A stretch of DNA of 64,000 bases from Lama glama (lineage: Eukaryota). Below, piece by piece: positions 25,971-38,749 of the stretch. A program made the position numbers and the translations under genes. The notes below the pieces were generated by a model. It ran no database searches. It saw nothing but the letters and a program-made list of their open reading frames with translations, and was not told the origin of the DNA. How positions within the stretch are numbered: the stretch's first letter is position 1; the number at the start of each line of letters is the position of its first letter. The stretch covers positions 124,001 through 188,000 of the forward strand of contig CM052816.1 in the NCBI GenBank assembly GCA_028534125.1, read 5' to 3'.

Positions 25971-26317
25971 AAAAAAAAAAGACAAGTGAACTTATATATA
26001 AAACAGAAACAGACTCACAGAAGTAGAATACAGACTTGTGGTTGCCAGGGGGGAGGGGGATGGGAAGGTATAAACTGGGAGGTCGAGATTTGCAGATACT
26101 GACAGGTATATATAAAATAGATAAACAAGTTTATACTGTACAGCACAGGGAAACATATTCAATATCTTGTGGTAGCTCAGGGTGAAAAAATATGAAAATG
26201 AATACATGTATATCCACGTATGACTGAAGCATCGTGCTTTACGCCAGAAATTGACACAACATTGTAAACTGACTATACCTCAATAAAAAAATAAATAGAA
26301 AAATAAACCAAAAAAAA
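25971..26317 (+). mobile_element. 5'-truncated L1 3' end
   Basis: aaacagaaacagactcacag...aataaa with A-rich tail; flanking repeat ctatatctg at 25962 and 26325. Confidence 0.85.
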
Positions 26318-27399
26318 TGTACACCTATATCTGGCACGCGAAAGTGAGCAGTACGACTGTGCAACACAGCTCTCACTTGGCTCAAGGAACAGCCTTGTGC
26401 CGGGCACTTCTGACTCCCACCCACAATGTCATAAATAATCTGCTAAACATTCTCCGAAAGTTCCCCCGTCCTGCTGTGCACATCCAGCTCTCCATCCCCC
26501 TGGTACTAACACCTGCCTGAGAGGTTTGGTGGGTCCAGCATCCCTCCCTCAGGACCCCGAAGGTCCTGTCTCCTCACTGCTCTGTGACATCACAGCAGCC
26601 TCACACGTGGCTCATTCCCAGGCTCCACCCTGGGCCCGTGGTCCGCGGCCTGACATTTTACTGGAACTGCATCAGGACCTCCTTCCAGCAGATTCTGAGG
26701 GCATGTGTTGGCTCTGCATTTGCATACACATGTGACAGGGTTGGCTGGGGCGGTCACATCCGCTGCGAGTGCAAGACCGGGTCTCTCCCTTCGTGAGCAC
26801 AGTCTCTCTCCATTTACTCAGAATTCCTTCCTGCCTCTGTCTGAAGTTTTACAGGTTCCCTGACTCGACGGCTGCCCCGGGTTAGTCCTGTTTTCTGGGG
26901 TGATAATGTGTAAAAATAAAACATCTTTATAAAGTCAGTCTTTCCTCTGTTGCTGACCTACAAAAATCCAACTGACTCTATGCTGATCTAGTATTTGGTG
27001 ACCTTGCTGTGTGTTGTAATTCACCTCTGATGATTTTCAGATGCTTTGTGTACAATCACACAGTCTAAAGAGACATTCATCTGCTTTCTGACTTCTCAAT
27101 CCTATGTTATCCTTCCTGCCTTCCTACACCGGCTAGGGCCACCACTACAGTCATGCAGAATCTACGAGCTACCCTCTGGGGCCCAGCCTCCCCGCCCCCA
27201 GCTCCGCAGCCACCAGCCAGCACAGAGCTGTCTAGTGTCCTTGTTAGCATGCGTGGCCATATGGTGAGGGGGAGAATGGGGGACACCGTGGCCAGAAAGT
27301 GGGGACCCTCCTCCTTGCAGGTCTCCTTCCCACAAGCCCAAACTTGTTTCTCTGCCACCCAGGTCCAGGCTTCTGAGACAAGGGTGCCTTAAAGGCTGG

Positions 27400-28800
27400 C
27401 ACTACAAGACCAGAAACCAGGAATCAGCGTACCCGCAGAGTCAGAACGTGATTGCTGCATGAGAGAAATGATTCCCATCACACTTGAGGGTCTGTTAAGG
27501 CAGCTGGCATCACAAGGATTCAGACAAGGTGACAAGCACCCTTGTCTGGCTCTTGGTCTTACAAGGGAAGTCTCTGCCGTTTCACCACTAAGCCAGGAGG
27601 TCTGCTCTGCGTTTTTCTGGACACCCTGCATCAAGTTAAAGAAGTTCCCTTCTGCTTTTAGTTTGCTATGAGTGTTTTAAAAATTACAACTAGATGTTGA
27701 ATGTCATCTCATGTCATCCCTGCGTCTTTTGATGTGTGGTTAGTTTTTCTCTTTTAACCTGCTAAATTAAGGAATTTCACTTACTGATTTTTCCAATGTT
27801 ACACATTAAACATTCCTGGAATGAACCGGGACTAAACCCAGCTGGCCACGGAGGGTTTTATCCTTCCTCTATTTTGCTAGATGTAACTTGACAGTGTTTT
27901 GTCTAGGATGTCTGCATCCGTGCTGGTCATTTTCTTCTCCCATGTTCCTCCTGCTGAGTTTCAGTGCCTTTGCAGGGAAAGTTTTGCTTTATTCTGTTTT
28001 TAATTTCCTGGAAGAGTTGTGTCAGATTAGAGTTGTGTCTTCTTGACTGTTTGGTGGAACTTGCCATGAAGCCACGCAGGCTGAACTTTCCTTGGTCGAA
28101 GGATTTCCCTTCTGATCCAATTTCTAGTTTCCCTTCTTCTTCTTTTTTTTTTAAACAGCTTTATTGAGATATAATTTACCTACCATAAAATTTGTCCGTT
28201 TAAACTAAACAGTTCAGTGTTTTGTAGTCTATCTGCAGATATGTGCCAACACCACCGTGGTCAATTTTAGGATATTTTCATTGCTTCAGAAAGAAACCCC
28301 ATGAGATGCTCCTTAGATATCAGTTTCCTATTCCTCTCCCTCAACTTCCGGCAACCACTAATCTACCTTCTACCTACAATAGGATCGGCCTGTTCTAGAC
28401 ACTTTATATAAATGGAATCATACAACGTGTGGCCTTCTGTGTGTAGTTTCCCTCACTTACCACAATGTTTTCAGGGTCCATCCATGTTGTAAATGTGTCA
28501 GTGCTTCACCCCTTTTGTTTCCAGATGACACTCCATGGTGTGGACATCCCACATCCCATTTACTACTCAGATGATGGACACCTGAGGTGTTCACACTTCA
28601 GCTGTTGTGCACGATGCCACTTTGACCATTCACGTACATGCTTTTTTGTGGACATATGTCTTCATTTCTCACAGGTATACACCCAGGACTGGGACTGCTG
28701 GGTCACAGAGGAATTCTACGTTCCATTGTCTGGGAAACTGTCAGATTTTTTTTTCCCCACAGTGGCTACACCATTTTACATTCTCAATGACCCAATTTCT
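27400..28800 (-). mobile_element. Degenerate L1 fragments (ORF2 remnants and 3' end at ~28140-28790)
   Basis: agctttattgagatataattt, aatggaatcataca, catcaagttaaagaagttcccttc; boundaries approximate. Confidence 0.65.
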
Positions 28801-29237
28801 TTGCTTCCTATAGTATTCGTCAATATTTCTGTATCTTGAATCTTTTTCTGTTACTTTTCCATTTTTTTCCCCTGAATTTTCAGGTTTATCAGCATGGAAG
28901 TGTCCATTACATCCCCTTGCTTTTCTTTGCAGAATCTATGATGATCCCCATAACAGGACACTAGCACTCTGAGCCTCCCCTTCACTGGGTAAGTCTTCTC
29001 AGATTTTCCAAGGACCTTCTTCCCAGAGAGGGATCTGTTCATCTCGAATGCACGTTGGTTTACGTTGTCAATTTCTGCACAACTTCTCCTTTCTTCTTCC
29101 TGCCTTCCTTGGGCTTGACTTCCTCTTCTTCTCCTCACTTCTCTGCTGGACACTTGCTGAGTGCTTTCAAGTGCCTCTCCACTTCTAAAACATCGAGGCT
29201 CCCTTGGTGGCTGCTTCAGTCTAAAGCTGCAGCTTTA

Positions 29238-29389
29238 AGTCACCAGGCGGAGCCTGAGTCACACCCTCAGGTCACCAGATTGAGCCTGACCCAACCTCAG
29301 GTCATTATCCGAAAACTGAGTCACAGGTCAGATTGCTGTACTGAGCCTGAGTCACAGCATTAGGTCACTGGACTGAGCCTGAGTCACAG
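29238..29389. repeat. ~31-bp tandem repeat (5 units) carrying TGAGTCA and AGGTCA
   Basis: TGAGTCA at 29255, 29317, 29348, 29380 (TGACCCA at 29287); AGGTCA at 29269, 29299, 29325, 29362. Confidence 0.88.
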
Positions 29390-29679
29390 TGCCTCCTTCC
29401 CTCTCCACTCTCAGCTCCCTCCTGGCCTCATGTCCCATGGAGCTGGTGTGTTCTCTCACCACCCTCTCATGTTCTCTGTCCTTACACTTCCTCTGTGCCT
29501 CTCCCACACGGGGCCTAGAATTAGTCTAAGGACCTGACTACGACCCCAAACACCTCAGTCTTCTACTTGAGGCATTTCATCCACTGGGATCCTGGGGCTC
29601 CTGTTTATCCTTTCTGCTGGCCATGCCTCTTCTGTTTCTTTTTTTCTTTTCTCCTCTCCTGCCTCTTTTTGGGTTATTA

Positions 29680-30620
29680 TTATGATTCTGGTTTTCCTCT
29701 TATTAATCTGAAGTCTTATCTTTCCATGAGTTGCATGGCTACCCTCAAAATTACACCATGAGCCTGTAAATTACCCGTGTCCAACGTTGGTCAACACCAT
29801 CCCCTTCTGGGTAATATGAGGCCTGAGAACACAGTCCTGTTGACTCCCCTGAATGATCTGCTGTTGCATATTTTTGTTCTACACCCAGGACCCAACAGGA
29901 AGTTGTGTGATGCTGGGAGCTTCTCTTTGCTCTTCATTCCTTTCTGCGTCTGGAACGCAGCAGGGCCGTTTCCCATGCCTGAGCTGCAGTGTCAACATTT
30001 CCTTCAGAGCAACTCTCGGTCTGTCTGAAATGTCTTTATTTCGCCCTCATTTAGAGTAACCTTCCCCAGTCGTAGAGTTCCTGGCAGGCAGTTATTTTTC
30101 TTTCACGCACCACATGGATGGTCCCACCGTTTTCTGGCTTCCTTCTCAGTTCTAAACTTAGCTGTCAGCCTGAGACGATCCTTGGAAGGTGATCTGTATT
30201 TTGTTTTCTTGGATTGCTTTTAGGATTCTTTGTCTTTGGTGTTTTGCGGTTGCAATCTGTTATGTCCCGGCATGAAAGACACTGGGCCTCTTGAATCTTC
30301 TTGATTGCTCTGATCAGCTTCAGAAAATTTTCAGCCATCCTTGCCAGACATCACCCCTGTCTTCTAGCTCTAGGCCTCCGGTGGAGTACAAGGGACCACC
30401 TCCCAGGGTCCCCAGGTTTCTCACCCTCTGTTTCCTGTGTGTCTGCCTTCCCGTGCTATACTCTCAATAATTTCTCTTGACCTATCTTACAGTTTGCTAA
30501 TTCTCTTCAACTGGTTCTAATCTGCTTTCAAATCAGTCTATTACTTAATTTTTTCCCTAGTTCTGCTTGGTTTTTCCAAACTTGCTGGGTCAGTTTTTGC
30601 GGCTTCTCATTCCTTACAGA
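29680..30620 (-). mobile_element. Ancient L1 fragment
   Basis: gaaatgtctttatttcgccctc, gaaaattttcagccat, ttgctaattctcttcaactggttctaatctgc resemble old L1M ORF1-region sequence; boundaries approximate. Confidence 0.5.
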
Positions 30621-30813
30621 TATCCCTCGCTTATCTTGCTCGTGAAAACACAGAACTGTTCTGTTCAGCGTGGGATGGTCTGTTTACTGGTCTGCTGCCG
30701 TCATTTCTGCAAGTTCTTGGAACCTTTCCACACACACCATATTATCTCTGACCATATGCTGGTCACCATATTTGAGAAACTGTTTGCAGGAACCATCTGA
30801 AGTAAAAGATAAA

Positions 30814-30925
30814 GGTCCCCCAAAGTTCACACCCACATAGAACCTCAGAGTATGCCTTATTTGGGAAAAGGGTCTTTGTAGATGTAATCAAGGTAAGGAT
30901 CTTGAGACTAGACTGGATCAGGTCC
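30814..30925 (+). mobile_element. MLT1 LTR 5' fragment
   Basis: ccttatttgggaaaagggtctttgtagatgtaatcaag, homologous to the start of the 13.0 kb LTR. Confidence 0.7.
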
Positions 30926-33900
30926 CACACTTCTGAGGGCTTGCCCCCCTGACCAGCCTGCAGCAGCTCTACAGAGACCACCTGCCAGCCCTGGGGGGGC
31001 AGGAAAGATCCCAGGACAGACAGAGCTGGGTCTAGGGACGCCTAACCCCCTCTGTGGGCCAGGCCTGAGGTTATCATGCCTGACTGCTTGGGGACTAGTA
31101 GGGCAGCCCCTCTGAGCACCTAGGCAGTCGCACATCCTCACACCTGCCCCCCGAGGACAGCCAGGTAGCAGGATGGGCACTGCTGGATGAGGGTGGGTGC
31201 AGGTGTGGCCCACGCCGGACATGGGACCGTCACTGTCCCACACTACGAAGCCCCTGGAATGCCTCACTCCATCCTGCAAATAGTTGGGGGGGTGGGGACA
31301 GATTCCAGTGGCCCTTCCTCCTGCCAACAGGCCCAGCCACCCCAAACCCTGCTCCCCAGACACAGGGAGCAGAGACCCTGGGCTGGGCAGAAGCAAAAAA
31401 GGACAGTGTTCCAGAAGCCACAGTGCCCTGCCAAGGAAACCGCATCCCCGCCGGACAGCATTTAATTTCTGTGTGAATCAAATTCAAAACAAATTCCAGT
31501 GCTAAGAAACTGACTCTGAGATAACCTTCCATCCTCCCGGGCCTACAGCCTCCCGTGCGGGAGGTGGGCGTGAGTGTAGGGTGGGCGCAGGCACTGCCAG
31601 AGCCCAGGCTCCACCATCACCTCACCAAGGAGGAGGTGAGGCAAAGGGACGGGGGTGAGCAGGGCAAGAGGGCAGTCCCCCGTTCACAGGTCACACTGCG
31701 GCTGTCACCTCGGACAGCTGTGAGAACTGCCAGGCCCCAACTTTCCTACCTCACAGGGCCCCAACATTGCAGAGCGTGAAGCGCTCTTGATCAACCATCA
31801 GCTCCATCACTGGCCGGCTCCTCAAGGCATCGTCTGGCCCGGGCCTGGCCACCCTGGGAGTCAGCTGGCAGACACAGGACTCTGCAAAATCCTCTACACT
31901 GGAACTCACAGCACTGCCCACCAGGCCTGGCATCCACAAGACTAACAGAATTGTGCCCATCCACACTGGCCCCTGAAGCAAGCAGAACCCATGGGAACCC
32001 CAGACCCTGAGGGCCACCAGCCAAGTGCCCCCTTTCCAGTGCAGGATGGTGGAGCCAAGATCAGAGAATGGCAGGCCAACGGGCCCCAGGAGTGTGGTGG
32101 AAGATGCAGGGGACCCCCAGGTTCACTGGCTGCTGTTGAGGAGAAGATGGGCAGCAGTGGCTTCACGGAGGAACCAGAGTGGCCAGGCCGCCCCTGTGCC
32201 CTAGTCACCACACCCCCAGGCCTCACAGATGGCCACAGACCCACCACAAGGAAGGACAGGCGGGAAACAGGGCAGGTGCTTGGAAAGCCACAGAGCCCCC
32301 TCTCATGACTACCAGCATCATGTCGACGAGCAGTTTGCTTCCTGGAGCTGGCCTGCAGGGTGCCCAGCACTGTGCCTGACACAGATGGGGGACACTGGGA
32401 TAGCCCCAATCAACAGCCCACCCTGGGGTGGCCCGGGGCAGCCCCTGCTGCTCCCTCTGTCCAGGAGGCAGCCAGCTCTGATGTGCTCTGGTCTGGGAGC
32501 CCCTGGCAGTCTCTGCTCTCGGGCCAGACCACTTCCCTGGCCACGTCTACCTCAGGTATCGCTAAGAAAAACAAACACAGCTTGAGGCTTGCCTTTTTCC
32601 ATTCCCTCGTCCGGCTGCCGGCCTCGAGGTACAGGGCCTGCCAGCTGGGCGGCCGGGTTTCCTCCTGCGGCCAGAGGCACCAGGCCAGCCAGGAACCTCG
32701 CTGGGAGGGGCAGGGGAGGTTGGCGGGCCATGCCCGCGGGTCACGGAGCCAGGCAGCCAGCACACCACCCAGGTCGACACTGCCCAGTGTGGCGCTGCCC
32801 TCCTCCAGAAGCCCTGGCACAGCCACCTGCCACCCGGTCTAGCCTGCAGATGTCCCTTAATGATCAGCCCCTGCAGGAAAACAGGCTGGTCATCACCCAG
32901 CCCACGCTACCAAGTCCCACCCCTGATGCCAGCTCAGACCTGCTAAGCGGCACAGCCAGGCACCTGCCCCCACCTCCCCAACCCTTACCCGATGGGGTCC
33001 TTGCCCCGCCTCACAGCTGCCCCCAGGAGCTCCAGTGAAGCCCTCTGTCCTCTGCACGGCACCCACAGCAGCAGTGCCCCCAAAGCAGCAGGTCGGCTGC
33101 ACCCGGCCACCATCTGTGCACTGGAAGGTGGTGTGGCCCAGCCAGCAAGTGTTGAGTACAGCACGGTGGAGGTCAGGGCCAGGGGTGGGCAGGGGGCCAG
33201 CCCACCTGGTGAACGGGCACCTCGGACCCCACACCAGGCTCCTGCTGCAAAGTCAGGAAGCAGAGGGGAGACTGGATCCTCCAGAGGCCTCAGGAGCACG
33301 AGCCCCAGAGCGGTTTGGGGAAGACCCGACGAGGGACCCTCGGGGGCTCCCCAGAGCTGAGCTACCGGTAAAGAGCGATGCTGCTGGGCTACCCTTGGGC
33401 TTCCTGGAAGAGGCAATAGCAGAGGCAGACCCTGGAGGACGGGTAGGCCCACGAGGACAGTGGCCCTGCTACTCACCCACCAGAGGCCAGCTTCCAAGCG
33501 GGGGCCTGGCCTCACCCACTTGCCAGACAACTGCGCCTCCTCTGAAACCTCCCACAGCTTGCTGAGCCAGGGTGGGTACCGCAAGGGCACTCCCACTGCT
33601 GGGACAATACACAAAGGGAGCCAGGCGTCCCCCCCCCCCCAGGCTGGGATTAAGGGGGCTGAGTGCCGGCCCTGCTGACAGGTGTCATTTTTCTGCAGCC
33701 AGGAAAGCCAAACTTATCAGCTCATCGCTCCTCCCCGAATCCAGAGCCTCCCCGCCCCCCCCCCCCCCGGGGAGGAATCGTGTGCATGCATTCTTTTCCA
33801 GGAGAAGAAATACCTACACGCTTCCATTGTCCCAGCTATCACAAGGCCCCTGAGGCGGGTGGTGGGTGCCACCCTCAGCATGGGGCCACCCTGGAGCCTG

Positions 33901-35399
33901 GGCAGGACCGCGCTAGTGCCCTCGCCCTGGAGTCGGGTCCCAGACCACAGTGGCAAGGACCGGGGTGAGATTAGGCCAGCTGTCCTCCCGTCCAGACGGC
34001 CGCCGGCTGTGGCAGAACATCTGCTCACACAGCTGAGGAGAGCCAGATGGCGGCGGCTTCCTCCTCACCTCAGGCCCCACCATGAGGCCTCCGGCCTCCA
34101 CCGCCTGTGCCCATGAGGTTCCCAGCCCAGAGGCCCAGTCCTGGCCTGATGCTGCCACCTGCCCCTACCTGGTCTTTGTATTATGGCAGGGAGGGGCAGG
34201 GCAAGGACCCTCCCCAGGAGTCTGTGGAAAGGGATGTGGCACAGGCAACTGCTAACAGGTTGGGGGTCCAAAGCCCCAAAGAAAAGACTAGCCAGGAGAG
34301 GGGAGGGAGGCCGGAGGGCCTCTGGAGACTAGAGATGCAAGGGACAGCCAGCCCCTCAAGGGATCTCCTCTGCCTCCCCCGCCTTCTCTTTCCACCTGCC
34401 TCCCCATGTCTGCCCCAGACTCATGCACCGGGCAACTGGGACACCTCGGTCCCTCTGTTGGCCACAGAGGTCCTGGACCATGAGTCCAGGAAGAATCACC
34501 CCTCCTTTGCAGACAGGAAGCCCAGGCCCCACCACATACCACCCCTCTATCCTCTCCTGTCCCTGGAGCTCCCTCCGCCAACCCCAGGCACCTTCTCCTC
34601 AGCCTACTGGCCATGCTCTGTGTCCCCTGTCACCTGCTACTTTGAGGTCTCACCCACAGGGCCAGTACCAAGGGGCCTCAGCAACCTCCCTGCCAGCCCC
34701 TCGGCTGCCCTGGACACTGTGGAAAAGGCCCCGTTGCCTGGGCTCTCCCTCCCCGCCAGCTCCCCGTGCAAGTGCCCCCTTTCCTTACCCTCTGAAGCAC
34801 ACTCTTGCTCCCCACAGCCTCTCCCCCAAATGCCAAACGCCAGATCCGAGGGCTTGCAGGACTGCTTCAGGCATGCCTGTCCTGAGGCGGGTCTCTGCGG
34901 GCAGCCCCTGCCCGGACTGTGGCCCAAACCCATCTGACTCCCCAGACTCCTGCCTGCCTAGCTCAGCACCACCAGCCCTGGCCGGAGAATCACCTGGGAC
35001 ACCTCCAGCTCTGCCATCCCCTCCCTAGCCCAGGCGGACTCTGAGTCACCCCAGCCTCGCTGTGAAAGGCTGATCTCTCCTAGAGGGCCACACAGGACCT
35101 CTAGCTGGGCCACAGGCTCAGTATTCAGAGAAGCAGAGGGGGTGCCACCCTGCCCTCCCTGACCCCACACCCCATCCCTACACCATGACAGCAGCCCCTC
35201 AAGGGCAGCACCTGAGTTCAGTGCCAGGGCCCCCAGCCAGCCCCAATCCCCAGACCAGGCTCCAGCAAATGGACAGCCACCTGCACCCTGGCCCCCACGC
35301 AGGCCACGGGGGGCCAAGCAGGAGGAAGATCTGCTGGGAAGACCCTTGGGTGCAGCCCCTGCATGCAAGGGCGAGAGACAGCATGCCGACTCACAGGTT

Positions 35400-36360
35400 G
35401 AGAAAATAGGTCCTCTCCTCAGTCCAAGAACAGAGCCAGAACATTTGAAGCGCCCTTACAACTCAAGAAAAAGACAAACAACTGAGCCAAAACTTGGGCA
35501 CAGGAACTGAACAGACATTTCCCCAAAAGAAAACATAACAAATAGTTAATATGTATGTGAAAAGATGCTCAGTATCACCAGTGATCAGGGAAATGCAAAT
35601 TAAAACTACAATGAGACACCACCTCACATCTACTAGGGTGGCTAGAATTTAAAAAAAAAAAAAAAAGATTTTTCTTGAACCAGAGAATTAACAAGCATTG
35701 GTGAGGATGTGGAGAAATTGGAACCCTCACGCATTACTGGTGGGAATGTAAAATGATGCTGTGCAAAACAGTTTGATGGCTCCTCAAAATGTTAAACACA
35801 GCATTACTATATGATCCAATAATTCCACTTCTATGAATATATACCCAGAAAAACTGAAGATATACATCCACAAGAAAGACCCAAAACACAAAAAACAAAA
35901 AACTTGTACACCAATGTTCACAGGAGCATTATTCACAACAGCCAAAAGATGAAAACAACCCAAGTGTCTATCAACAGATAAATGGATGAAAGAAATGGCC
36001 ATATGTCCATCCAGTCAGACATTATTTAGTCACAAAAGCAAATGAGGCAATGATTCATGCTGCAAAGGCGGATGAATCTTGAAAACAGTATGCTCAGTGA
36101 AAAAAGCCAGATGCAAAAGGCCACATAGTGTATGATTCCATTCATATGAAATGTCCAGAACAGACAAATCCACGGAAACAGACAGTGGATTAGTGGTTGC
36201 CAGGGGCTGAGGGAGGAGGGGATGGAATATGAGGTTTCTGGGGTGATGAAAATGTCCTGGAATTAGATAGAGGTATTGTGGATGTACTAAAAACCACTGA
36301 ACTGTACTCTTCAACTAAGTGAATTTACAGGATATGAGTTACATCTCAATAAAAAAAAAA
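35400..36360 (+). mobile_element. Old L1M 3' region
   Basis: cagggaaatgcaaattaaaactacaatgagacacc, gtgaggatgtggagaaattggaaccctc, ending ctcaataaaaaaaa. Confidence 0.85.
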
Positions 36361-38749
36361 ATGAACTTCAGCTCTAAGGGCCACTTGGTACCCCATTCAC
36401 AGTGGTCCAGAGCACCTCAGCCGCCTTTCAGACTGGCTCCCAGAACTCCTCATGTGGCTGGGGAAACCCTCAGGTGCCACACCTGCTGCTGCCTCCTCCA
36501 CACAGGTCTCCAGGCCGCCTGCACCAGAGAGGTGGGACCAGCCCACAGACCTTACAACAGGGCCCAGCTCCCCCAAGCCAGCCTGCAAATGTTTCCTGTG
36601 CAGCGTGGAGCACCGCAGCCAACACCATGAAAGAGCCTTAGGGCTCACCATGCCTTTTCTTACTTCTTTTGGAGATTAATCACATTGGAAGCCTCAGGCT
36701 GCCACTCGCCCGGGCAGCCCCTGGATGTCTGTCTAGCGGCCTCCCCAGGGGCCTCTGCTAGGGGCTGGCTCAGCACACACATGGGATCTCTAAGAAAAAG
36801 GCAGTGAGGTGCCAGGGAACCCAGGCCCCAGTCTGCCAGGCACAGATTCCCCCCAAATCCCCAGCCCCAGCCCCTGGCTCCATGCTCAGAGCAGCACAGG
36901 GGTGACTTGCCCCAGGCATCCCTTCCTGAGCAGGTTTCAGCACACAAAGATCACCCTTTAGCTCCATCTTCTCACCTGATGATAACACACAGAGAGAGAG
37001 AGAGAGGGAGGAGCAGAGTATGGGTGAGCCCACCCAGGTCCACAGCGTGTTGGCAGCAGGGAGGGGTGTCTAAGTTTGTATCTCAAACTTGCCACAAGAC
37101 CTTGGGACAGCCTCTTCCTGCTCAGAGCCAGGCTCTACTTCCTTCCAAGAGGGCATGAGGCCAAGCTGTCTAGGCCCCCAGAGCACAGACATCTCTGTAG
37201 CCCCAGGAGAACCAGATGGAAACACCACCTGCTAATACCACCAAGAAGCAGGGTTAGGCCAGGGAGGAAGATGGAGGGCCCCTTCTCCACGGCAGGCAGG
37301 CAGGTGACCTGGAGGGCCCTGCCTGGTGGTCAGAAGCTGCGAGGAGGGCAGCAGGCACAGGACGGGTTGGGTTGCAGCCTGGGGAGGAGAGTGGGGGAGG
37401 CGGGGCAGAGAAGGCTCCCATCGCCCACGTGATCCTCCCCCAGGCCAGCCTCTCTGGGTTTCTGGGCTGTAACTGGAGCTGCCCTGCCTGTGAGCCTCTG
37501 TGCCAGGCAGAGCTTTCAGAGTGGGGGAAGGGGAGAGGAGGGCCTGAATCTCAGCTCCTTCCCCCTGTTCCCTCTGTACTCTGGGTGGAGAGGGAAGCCC
37601 CAGCACAAGGCACAGAGAGGCCCCCTGGCTCTGGCCCAGCCTGGCCCAGCCCTGCCCGGCCCTGCCTGCTTTAGGCCATCTCCTCCTCCCCCACTCCTCT
37701 GGCTCCTGCCCCTTTACTGGGCCAGGAGATAGGGCCCCAGACCCAGACCAGCTGGCCAGAGGCTGGGCCCCCACACACAGACCAGCACAGAGCGTATCTT
37801 CCCCCCTACTCCTTCCAGACCAGGCCCCACCTTGGGAGACAGTTGAGGGCCTGGGGCAATCCTGAGCAGCACGCTAGGCGTGGACTGCTCCAGCAACAAG
37901 TCCCTTCCCTCCTCTGCCTGGTCAGCTGGCACAGAGCCTGGCCCCCTCCAGGACCCCGGTCCACCAAGCTGAGCCCTGTCTCTCTCTCATGGGCGGGGGA
38001 GGGTACACGCGGCAGAGCCAGCTGTCCCCAGGACAGGACTTGGGAAACCTCACTTGATGGGGCCTTTGGAGCCAAAGAGCAGGGCTGAAAGGGCTGGCTG
38101 GAGAAGACACGAGGGTGCCAAGCCCTCTCTGCTTGCCACACACCCACTGGAATTTATTCCCCTCAAGGGAGCTAAACAGCAGAGCTCAATGACTTCCCAG
38201 GAGGTGCGAAGTGCAGAGAGCATGGCAGGAGAGAGGGATGCTGTGGGGCTGCGGGTGGGAGCTGGGACCCGACCTCCACCCCGTGGACCTGATCTTCCCA
38301 GGGAGAAGAGGCCGGCAGCAGGGAGACTCCAGGCAGAGCACAGCGCACACAAGCCCAGGGTGTGTCTGAAACCTGGTGAGCAGACCCATGGCTGGGCCCG
38401 GACAGCGAGAAGGCACAGCTGGCTGACAGGCCATCGTGACTCACCGTGGACCTGCAGCCAGACAGCCATCCTCTGACCCTCCCTCTGCCCGAGAGGGTGA
38501 GGCAAAGGCTGCACAGATGGCATGCAGGGGCGTGCCAGCCTCTGCACAGCCTGGGCCCCAAGCAGGCCAAACTCACAGCCACAGCCCTGGCTGTGGGGTG
38601 GGGTCTCTAGGGGAAGGAGACAGGGAGCTGACCCTGGAAGACAACCCAGGAGAAAGGAACAGGAGAAGGGGGGAGTGGAGAAAAACACAAAGGGAAAGTT
38701 TCCCATGAAAATATTTTATTTTCTTTGAGAACAGGATACACCTGCAGGG

